64,000 nucleotides of DNA, taken from assembly GCA_963781885.1 (NCBI GenBank), contig CAWAHW010000004.1, forward strand, positions 195,940-259,939. Direction: 5' to 3'. Shown here piece by piece: positions 21,870 through 29,151 of the stretch. The notes under the pieces were generated by a model that saw only the letters and a list, made by a program, of their open reading frames with translations, did not search any database and was not told where the DNA came from. The stretch is from an uncultured Spirochaetota bacterium. GTDB lineage: Bacteria; Spirochaetota; Spirochaetia; SZUA-6; Fen-1364. The position numbers were made by a program, and so were the translations under genes. Numbering within the stretch: the stretch's first letter is position 1; each line of letters begins with the position of its first letter.

Positions 21870-21898
21870 GCATAATACAACAGGCATGAGTATTATGC
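21870..21898. promoter_or_regulatory. perfect 9-bp inverted repeat GCATAATAC-N11-GTATTATGC immediately upstream of the IclR gene (candidate operator)
   Basis: Read directly from the sequence. Arms at 21870-21878 and 21890-21898. Confidence 0.4.
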
Positions 21899-21929
21899 AA
21901 CAAAAATCGCCCAATAGGGCAAGCAGAGC

Positions 21930-23105
21930 TTAGCTTGCGGCCGCCGCCTGATGGGAGAGTATGACGAGGTACCGGTCCCGCACCTCGCGGACGACGTTTT
22001 CCCAGCTTCGGCAAAGCGTGGCCTGCGCGTTCATGCCCGCACGCTCCAGCTCCTGCGGGTTCGACAGTATCTGGACGACCCTTGCGGCAAAGGCCTCCAC
22101 GTCTTCATCCGCCAGGAATCCGTTTTCATCGTCGCGTATCACTTCGGCCGACGTGGAGCCGCGGAGCAGGACCGATGGGGTCCTGAACGCCGCGGCCTCG
22201 CGCACCACCAAGGGCGCGTTGTCGAAGAGCGAAGGAAAGAGGAAAATGTCGCTCCGGGCGTAAATCGACGCGAGCTTCCTGCGATCGAAGATCGACCCGC
22301 AAAACGTGACGCGGTCGCGTATTCCAAGCTTTCCAACCAGTGCGCGCAGCAGTAGCTTTGCGCATCCATCGCCGACAAAGACCATCCGGAAGCCTGGGAG
22401 CGCGGACATGATGCCGGGAAGCGAACGCACCAGGAACTCCAGGTTCTTCTCCCGGATGTGCTGCCCGACGAACAATCCCACGATGGCCTCTTCGCCCATT
22501 CCCAAGAGCTCCCCTCCCCTTTGCCGCAGCGGTGACAGGTCATGCGGAGGGGTAAAATCGATGCCGTTCTCCACGACGTCGTAGGGCCCGCCATACCCGT
22601 ATTCCCGCAGCGTCGCGGCGACGGATTCCTGGGGGATCCGAACATGGTCCACCGAGTAGTAGAACTCGACGATGCGCTTCATCTGCTCGTCGACGAGACG
22701 TTCTATCGGGATGGCGAGCCGGAGGTTGTCGCGAAACTTGGAATGGAAGGTCGCCACGATGGGGATGCCCATCTCGCGGGCGGTCTTCAGCGCCTTGCGG
22801 CCGGCCCCGAAGGGCGAATGGGCGTGGACGATGGAGAAATCGCGCTGCGTAAGCAGCGTCCGCAGCCTGCGGTCCATGTCGGGGAGCCCGATGCGGTAGG
22901 GGGGATGGACGAACGTGGGAATCGACAGGAAGCGGATGACGGGAAACGCTTCTTCGTCGCAGTGAAAAGGCACGGAAGGCGCCACGACGCAGGTGGGCCC
23001 CAGCAACCTGTTGAGCCAATAGGCGTAGTTCTGCACGACGATGGTGACCCCGTCGATGATGGGCACGTAACTGTCGTTGAAAAGGCCGACCGCGACGTCC
23101 CTCAT
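21930..23105 (-). CDS. glycosyltransferase family 4 (GT4, RfaG-like)
   Basis: GT-B fold motifs, C-terminal E-x7-E region (FLFPSLFDNAPLVVREAAA, ENGFL). Real start MRDVAVGLFN at 23105. The track ORF to 23627 is over-extended. Confidence 0.8.
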   Translation of the reverse strand: MRDVAVGLFNDSYVPIIDGVTIVVQNYAYWLNRLLGPTCVVAPSVPFHCDEEAFPVIRFLSIPTFVHPPYRIGLPDMDRRLRTLLTQRDFSIVHAHSPFGAGRKALKTAREMGIPIVATFHSKFRDNLRLAIPIERLVDEQMKRIVEFYYSVDHVRIPQESVAATLREYGYGGPYDVVENGIDFTPPHDLSPLRQRGGELLGMGEEAIVGLFVGQHIREKNLEFLVRSLPGIMSALPGFRMVFVGDGCAKLLLRALVGKLGIRDRVTFCGSIFDRRKLASIYARSDIFLFPSLFDNAPLVVREAAAFRTPSVLLRGSTSAEVIRDDENGFLADEDVEAFAARVVQILSNPQELERAGMNAQATLCRSWENVVREVRDRYLVILSHQAAAAS

Positions 23106-23944
23106 AGTCTTATCCTCGCGTCCTCTTTCAGAGATGCATAGAGCCGCTGATCCAGTCTTTGATTGTCCTTCAAGGATTCGATCAGGACGATGGCCTTTTG
23201 CGGACAATGATGGATGCACCGCGTGCACAGCTCGCAGCGCTCCGGGACGTGGATGGGGACCTCCCCCGAGGCGATCCACGCGCCTCGCTTGCACGCGGCC
23301 GCGCATGCGCCGCAGAAGGTGCATCGCTCCGGCAGGACGCGGAATTTTCCCCGCCACCCCTTGAATCCATCGAGGATCAGGACCTGCAGCAGCCATGTGA
23401 ATGGCGTATACCACTTGAGCGCCGGGATAAGACCGCGCGGCTGGGTCGCGGCACACACGCCGATCTCTTCGGCGATCGATCGCAGTTTCTGAGGAAGCCG
23501 CTTCTCGAAACGGTACAGCCAGGGCACGAGACGGCCGGGGAGGACGCACGTCACGTCGCTTCCGGGCGCGCGGACGACCTTCGAGCCCGCGACAATGATC
23601 CCCCGCTTCCTCAGGCTGAGCGCGCACGTGCGGATCGAATTCTCCGAGTAAAGCTCATCGGTCGTCACGATGTACGAGGCCCGAGGCGGATCGAAGGGAC
23701 CCAACCTCTCGATGAATTCCTGCATCGACGGCGCGGGCTTCAGGAAATAGGTCGGATAGCAGAACACCAGGAAGTCGGAATCCGCCGCCTGCTCGGGGGC
23801 GCGGGGATCGTAGACCCCGGTCACGCAGGCGTCGTTCTTCGCGGACAGGATTTCCCCGAGAAGCTCCGCGACGAGCCTCGTCCCTCCGGTCCCCGAATAG
23901 TAGAGCAAAGAGATCCGGCTGCGGCGCGCAGGCGTGTCATCCAT
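23102..23944 (-). CDS. EFR1-family ferredoxin (flavodoxin-like + 4Fe-4S domain), second copy
   Basis: LLYYSGTGGT flavodoxin-like N-terminus. CTFCGACAAAC and CELCTRCIHHCP cluster motifs. Stop overlaps the GT4 start (ATGA). Confidence 0.55.
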   Translation of the reverse strand: MDDTPARRSRISLLYYSGTGGTRLVAELLGEILSAKNDACVTGVYDPRAPEQAADSDFLVFCYPTYFLKPAPSMQEFIERLGPFDPPRASYIVTTDELYSENSIRTCALSLRKRGIIVAGSKVVRAPGSDVTCVLPGRLVPWLYRFEKRLPQKLRSIAEEIGVCAATQPRGLIPALKWYTPFTWLLQVLILDGFKGWRGKFRVLPERCTFCGACAAACKRGAWIASGEVPIHVPERCELCTRCIHHCPQKAIVLIESLKDNQRLDQRLYASLKEDARIRL

Positions 23945-23962
23945 GCAATCGGTCCCGATCCC

Positions 23963-24802
23963 TCAGACCCCGCGCCTTCGGGGCAGATCCGACGTGGCTT
24001 CCGCCTCTGCCTCGCCGAAACCGCCCCAGAGACGGTGAATCGCGCGCATGGCCAAGCCCCGCGGGACCAGACGGCCGACCATGGCCAGCACCCGGTTGCA
24101 GAAACCCGGGATAATGATCGCCTTGTTGCGCGTGACGCCCTCCAACGCGGTGCGCGCGATATGCCCGGGAGTCAGACAGAACAGGCGCGGCAGGAAGCCG
24201 AGCTTGTCCACGTAGTCTCCGACGGCAGCGGTCGTCTTGAAGGCGTTCGGACAGAGAACGCTCACGCCGATTCTGCCGGAAAGCTCCTCCCGCACGGCGA
24301 GGCTGAAATTGAGAACGAAGCTCTTGGTCGCCGAATAGACGGAAAGGGAAGGCATCGGGAAGAAGGCGCCGAGACTCCCGACATTCAGGATATGAGCGCT
24401 CTCGAGGCCCTCGAATTCGGCAACGAAGAACCGCGTCAGGCGGACGAGGGCGATCGTATTCAATTGCATGACCGATTCTTCATAGTCGATGGCGGAATCC
24501 GCGAACGGCCCCACCGCCCCGATGCCGGCGTTGTTGACAAGGAGGTCGATATCGAGCCCTTTCGATCGAATCATTTCGATGAGGCGATCGAGTGTGGCGC
24601 TGTCCGTCAGGTCGGCCTCCAGCCAGTCGACCGAGACGCCGTGTTCCCGAGCGATCGAATCGCTCAATTCGGGCAGTCCACTGCCCGGCAGCGCCACGAG
24701 CAGAAGATCCATGCCGCGGGCGGCGCACTCTCGAGCGAAGGCCCTGCCAAGCCCAAGGCTCGCACCGGTGATCAGCGCGCAATTGTATGTTTTGCCAGAC
24801 AT
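23963..24802 (-). CDS. short-chain dehydrogenase/reductase (SDR)
   Basis: TGASLGLG cofactor motif, NNAG, catalytic Y-x3-K (YSATK). Start MSGKTYN at 24802. Confidence 0.85.
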   Translation of the reverse strand: MSGKTYNCALITGASLGLGRAFARECAARGMDLLLVALPGSGLPELSDSIAREHGVSVDWLEADLTDSATLDRLIEMIRSKGLDIDLLVNNAGIGAVGPFADSAIDYEESVMQLNTIALVRLTRFFVAEFEGLESAHILNVGSLGAFFPMPSLSVYSATKSFVLNFSLAVREELSGRIGVSVLCPNAFKTTAAVGDYVDKLGFLPRLFCLTPGHIARTALEGVTRNKAIIIPGFCNRVLAMVGRLVPRGLAMRAIHRLWGGFGEAEAEATSDLPRRRGV

Positions 24803-24916
24803 TTTTCCCCTCGTGCCGCGTTTACTCAGGATGGACATCTCAGGCTATTACACTATCAAACACCGCGGCGTCATCGATATGCCCCCTGCCCGGGCGGCGC
24901 ATCCTTTGCGGGTGAC

Positions 24917-24925
24917 GCGTGAGGG
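24917..24925. repeat. target-site duplication, left copy (GCGTGAGGG)
   Basis: Identical 9-mer directly flanks both IS ends in direct orientation. Confidence 0.55.
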
Positions 24926-26578
24926 CAGCAATTCTAACTATGGGTCTGTACGGGACGCAATGCCGTAGATTACCGGGAACGCCCGTCTAGTATTCGCTAT
25001 GAGTTGCATGCCGTACACTTGCCCTCAGAATGTCAGGAGGGGAGACGTTTGAGGCCCTGATGTCCCTTCTCATGGGATGCGTCGAGAGGTTTCCAGATCG
25101 ACGAACGGGCAAGAATACGCAGTTCTCCCTTGAAGATGTGACGCGCGGGGCTTTCGGAGTGTTCTTCTGTCAGAGTCCCTCCTTTCTGGCCTTCCAAGAG
25201 TTGATGCAGCAACAGCAGGGTAAGAACAACGCACGGAGCCTTTTTGGGGTCCAGCAGATTCCCTCGGACAACCAGATCAGAGCCTTGTTGGACCCCGTGG
25301 ATCCCTCACTGTTGAATGCAGTCTACGAGAAGTGTTTTGATCTGATGCAGCAGCGCGGGCTTATGCAACCGATGAGGTCCTTTGCCAACTCGCTTCTGGT
25401 GGCCTTGGACGGCACAGGGTATTTCCTGTCGGAATCCATCCACTGTCCCTCCTGCATGGTAAGCAATCACCGTGACGGACGAGTCACCTACACACACTCC
25501 GTGCTGCTTCCCGCGGTGGTCAGTCCCCAACAGGCCCATGTGGTGGCGCTGCAGCCGGAGTTTCTCAGTCCCCAGGATGGCCATGATCGGCAGGACTGCG
25601 AGTTTCAAGCGGCCCTGCGCTGGATCGAGCGCTACGCTGCGCGATTGAGCCCCTTAGGAGTGACGCTGCTGGGAGATGACCTGTATTCGCGAACCCCCAT
25701 CATCACTCGCGCCGTGCAGCAGGAGCTGGATTTCATCTTTGTTGCCAAGCCGGTCATGCACAAGCACTTGTTTGAGGAGATTGAGGGCTTGGAGAAACTG
25801 GGCGGGGTGCACACCCTGCAACGCAGCGCCTGGACAGGTAAGGATCACCGTCACTACCACTACCGCTGGATCAACGATGTCAGCCTGACCGCCGAGAAGG
25901 ATAGCCCGGTGGTCTCATGGGTGGAATTGCAGATTCTCGACGACAAGGGCAAGGTCACTTATCGCAACTGCTGGGTCACCAGCCACCCCATCAGCGAACA
26001 GACGGTGGTGGAGGTGGTGAACGCGGGTCGATGCCGCTGGAAGGTTGAGAACGAGAACTTCAACACACTGAAGACGAAGGGATACCACTTCGAGCACAAT
26101 TTCGGCCATGGCCAGCAGTATCTGTCGCAGACACTGCTATCGCTGAATGTGATTGCCTTTCTTTTTCACACCCTTTTACAGCTCATGGATAGCCGCTGTG
26201 CCCTGCTTCGCTCGACACTGCCGCGTCGGGATACCTTTTTTCAACACGTTGCCACACTGACCCAGTATCTGTGCTTTGACAGTTGGGTGGCTCTGATGCA
26301 GTTCATGGTGAATGGGCTGCACCTGCCTGACCCAGACGGATAGTTCACCGATCCTGCCTGCCTTCATAACACCCCTACAGAACCACCCTCCCTCCTGCGT
26401 GGCCAACCTTGGACGGGTGCTTGCTGTAAGTCCCCTTCCGCGCCTCACAACTCCGGCGGACCTCCATTCAAACTTTCTCCTCCACCAAAGTCCTAATCCC
26501 GGATTCCCACCTGGGCGCATATACGCCATAGATTCCCTCATGCCAACCAAACGTCTTTGGCCATAATGCGAATTGCTG
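24926..26578 (+). mobile_element. insertion sequence (1653 bp) with imperfect 20-bp terminal inverted repeats (CAGCAATTCtaacTATGGgt / CAGCAATTCgcatTATGGcc), IS4/ISNCY-like
   Basis: IRs begin with 5'-CA. 14/20 match. Single transposase ORF inside. Flanked by a 9-bp direct repeat. Local GC is lower than the surroundings. Confidence 0.6.
25030..26343 (+). CDS. DDE transposase (IS4/ISNCY-like family)
   Basis: 437 aa. The motif RWKVENENFNTLKTKGYHFEHNFGHG is typical of this transposase group. The family is assigned from memory and was not searched. Confidence 0.75.
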   Translation: MSGGETFEALMSLLMGCVERFPDRRTGKNTQFSLEDVTRGAFGVFFCQSPSFLAFQELMQQQQGKNNARSLFGVQQIPSDNQIRALLDPVDPSLLNAVYEKCFDLMQQRGLMQPMRSFANSLLVALDGTGYFLSESIHCPSCMVSNHRDGRVTYTHSVLLPAVVSPQQAHVVALQPEFLSPQDGHDRQDCEFQAALRWIERYAARLSPLGVTLLGDDLYSRTPIITRAVQQELDFIFVAKPVMHKHLFEEIEGLEKLGGVHTLQRSAWTGKDHRHYHYRWINDVSLTAEKDSPVVSWVELQILDDKGKVTYRNCWVTSHPISEQTVVEVVNAGRCRWKVENENFNTLKTKGYHFEHNFGHGQQYLSQTLLSLNVIAFLFHTLLQLMDSRCALLRSTLPRRDTFFQHVATLTQYLCFDSWVALMQFMVNGLHLPDPDG

Positions 26579-26587
26579 GCGTGAGGG
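26579..26587. repeat. target-site duplication, right copy (GCGTGAGGG)
   Basis: See left copy. Confidence 0.55.
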
Positions 26588-26712
26588 GCCCTTTCTTGCG
26601 TGCGCTCCGGCGGTGTGTTATTATGGAAGCGTTCGAACAGAAAGGCATAATGTTGTGTAGACATCGTGTGTGTTCCCTTCAATCCCTCCCCAAATAGACC
26701 AAGGAGGCCCCC

Positions 26713-26826
26713 ATGAGTGCGGTATGGGCATGGCTTGTCGACGTGGCGGGACTTTCCGGGCTGGCAGGCGATGTTCGCCTCCTGCCGCAAAGCCATTGCA
26801 GCGCCTTGCGCGCGATGGAGGAATGA
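26713..26826 (+). CDS. small ORF (37 aa, MSAVWAWLVDVAGLSGLAGDVRLLPQSHCSALRAMEE) with near-ideal SD, coupled to downstream gene
   Basis: AAGGAGG followed by 5 nt and ATG. Stop is 3 nt before the next ATG. Below the ORF-track length cut-off. Confidence 0.3.
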   Translation: MSAVWAWLVDVAGLSGLAGDVRLLPQSHCSALRAMEE

Positions 26827-26829
26827 ACC

Positions 26830-27318
26830 ATGGCCGACCAGGTTTTCCGTCCACAGGCTTTCGAAGACGTCGAAGACGCCGGCTTGTCCGAGGCGGACTC
26901 GATGCTGCAGCGGGAAGGGGAAATGGACAAGACACTGGGAGACGCCACTCAGCAAGTGAGCATCGAGGCGGAACGGGACATGGACACCTGCCCATTCGAC
27001 ATGGGAATCTCACAACCCCGCGCAATCAGCCTTCTCAAACTCTGTGAGCTGTGCGCGCAGCCGGTCCCGGCCCAGATTGCCGCGACCGTCGGCACGTCCC
27101 GATGTCCTTTCCTGCTCATCCACCAGGTAACTCCGTTCAGCAAGTTTGGATACCCCCCCACGCGCGTGTGGGGGCTGGGCTACCAGGTGGACAATCTCGA
27201 TGCGGGTCTCGTGCCGGTTGATTTTGCGCCTCGCAGCGAGTTCTTGGAAGTCGGTGGGTGGGCGACCGACATGAAGCTCGGCGTCGCGGCGGACGGCAGT
27301 TTCAGCCTGGATCCGTAG
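26830..27318 (+). CDS. hypothetical protein (162 aa, acidic N-terminus, Cys pairs CPFD / CELC / CPF)
   Basis: ORF in the same orientation as and tightly spaced with the CHAT cluster. No recognisable domain. Confidence 0.5.
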   Translation: MADQVFRPQAFEDVEDAGLSEADSMLQREGEMDKTLGDATQQVSIEAERDMDTCPFDMGISQPRAISLLKLCELCAQPVPAQIAATVGTSRCPFLLIHQVTPFSKFGYPPTRVWGLGYQVDNLDAGLVPVDFAPRSEFLEVGGWATDMKLGVAADGSFSLDP

Positions 27319-27339
27319 CTGATCCGCGCAGCCCAGACA

Positions 27340-27663
27340 GTGCCGGGCCTTTCCCTCCAGGGCGCCTCGGTGTCAGCGGCAATCAACAGCAGCGTATCTT
27401 TCGTGCTCAAGCTCAAACTGGATGTCCTCAAGATCATGGCCGGCCAGGTCGGCTGCGGGGCGAGATGGGACTTCGTGGAAAGAGACGAACGGATCGACAG
27501 GGCGTTGACAATGGTTCAGACGCTCATGGTCCGCGACACCACCAAGTCCCTCCACATGCAGGTACGGTCGTGGGTGCGGCGCAGAAGGAAGCTTCTCCCG
27601 GGTGGCGCGGCTCGAAGCTGGATCGTCGGGCCGCACGCCTTCACGGTCGGGCTCGAAACATGA
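27340..27663 (+). CDS. hypothetical protein (107 aa; start may be at 27436)
   Basis: ORF ends 10 nt before the next gene start. Basic C-terminus. No recognisable domain. Confidence 0.4.
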   Translation: MPGLSLQGASVSAAINSSVSFVLKLKLDVLKIMAGQVGCGARWDFVERDERIDRALTMVQTLMVRDTTKSLHMQVRSWVRRRRKLLPGGAARSWIVGPHAFTVGLET

Positions 27664-27672
27664 GGGGGTCAT

Positions 27673-29142
27673 ATGTCGGATTCGCCATCTCTGGTGCAGC
27701 TGCGAGCGTTGTGGGCTCAGAATCCCGCCGCGGCAATCCTCTTTGCGCGATTGGATCCCCAGTGCATTCCTCCGGACACCGGGCAGTATGCAGCCAACCT
27801 CCAGCGCTCAATCCAATCTCAACGCGAGACTGAACAGTCGGTGAACGCGGCTCTTGGAGCCATGGGGATATTTCCGGCGGCGTCCCCCGGCGTTGGCTAC
27901 GGCGCGACGGTCAATCCGGATGACCTCATGTTCTATGGAACCATGGGGCTCGTGAGGGCGCATCAGGGCAACCCTCCGACAAGCGACGCGTGCGCCGGTT
28001 GCGCCGCCGCGATCCTGAGAGGCCAACGCGACCCCATGGACGCGCTCGCCCTGGCGGGGAGCTCGATTCCCGGCTATGCCCAGTATATCCGGACAATCGG
28101 CGCGTTCCTGGGGAACGTTTCCCCGTTTCTGAGACAGATGGCATTCATTGTCGCGGCGCTCGCCGTTCCCCTCCAGGAGATCCCCGGGCTTCTCAATTTG
28201 AGCGCGCAGGATCGGCCGCAGAGTCTGGAGGAAATGTTCAACCGAGCCCTGCAATCGGCCGAGGAAGCGTTTGGCAGAAACGATTTCGGGCGCGCGGAAA
28301 AGGACCTCATGACGGCGCTCCAGGCGGCGAAACAGACACCAAGCCCGGATGACGACATCCTGGCGATCAAACACCTGCTGCTGCTTGCTTTCAAGTCGAC
28401 CGTGTCCGTGGATTCCCTGTCGCTTGCCACAAGCGTGGCAGGGAATCTGGTTGAGAGCAACCGATGCCTCGCGGAGGCGGCGCGAATCGTCCTTGCCCTT
28501 TCGGTCATCGCCAAGAGCTATGGCGTGGTCCGTGAGCTCGATGAACCACTGACACGCATCATCCTCAAGCTCCTGGAGTCGGAGCTGCCAGGAGAGATCG
28601 CGCTTCCACTCCACCTTGCGGGGGCGGAAGCCCAGCTGCGTCAGGGCAACACGGCGGAGGCGGAGGATATCCTGGACAACGTGCGTGGACGTTTCACGGA
28701 CGTCGACAGCCAGCTTCAGATCGCTTGCATGGATGCCTCCATTCATCGGGATAACGCTGACCGGGAAGGTGCGTCGGACATCCTGACGTGCGCGCTCCAG
28801 CACGCAGCCTCCATTGATCCGGCCCGGAGGCTCGCGGCGGTGCAGCAGCTCGTGAGCTTGTGGCCTGACGGAAAGGAGGGGCTTGCAGCCTGGCTGGACG
28901 AGCTGAAATCGTTGGCAAGCACTCTGCAAGATCCCGCGCGCAGCCTCGTCCTGGTGACATCGGCGGGCGCCCTGGTGAGAGACGGCAGAAATGAAGAAGC
29001 GGCCCATCTCGTCGCTTCGGTGGATCTGCCAAGGCTCGAGGAAATGACGCCGGACCCGATGAAGGACGTGATCCGCTCGATCCGTGAGCAGCTCGGCGCC
29101 CTGCTCCACCGCGGCGACCCAGGAAGGGACAAGACCATATAG
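27673..29142 (+). CDS. all-alpha TPR-like repeat protein (489 aa)
   Basis: Leu/Ala-rich helical repeats throughout. RBS GGGGG. Immediately precedes the CHAT-domain gene (10-nt gap). Confidence 0.55.
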   Translation: MSDSPSLVQLRALWAQNPAAAILFARLDPQCIPPDTGQYAANLQRSIQSQRETEQSVNAALGAMGIFPAASPGVGYGATVNPDDLMFYGTMGLVRAHQGNPPTSDACAGCAAAILRGQRDPMDALALAGSSIPGYAQYIRTIGAFLGNVSPFLRQMAFIVAALAVPLQEIPGLLNLSAQDRPQSLEEMFNRALQSAEEAFGRNDFGRAEKDLMTALQAAKQTPSPDDDILAIKHLLLLAFKSTVSVDSLSLATSVAGNLVESNRCLAEAARIVLALSVIAKSYGVVRELDEPLTRIILKLLESELPGEIALPLHLAGAEAQLRQGNTAEAEDILDNVRGRFTDVDSQLQIACMDASIHRDNADREGASDILTCALQHAASIDPARRLAAVQQLVSLWPDGKEGLAAWLDELKSLASTLQDPARSLVLVTSAGALVRDGRNEEAAHLVASVDLPRLEEMTPDPMKDVIRSIREQLGALLHRGDPGRDKTI

Positions 29143-29151
29143 AGGGATACG

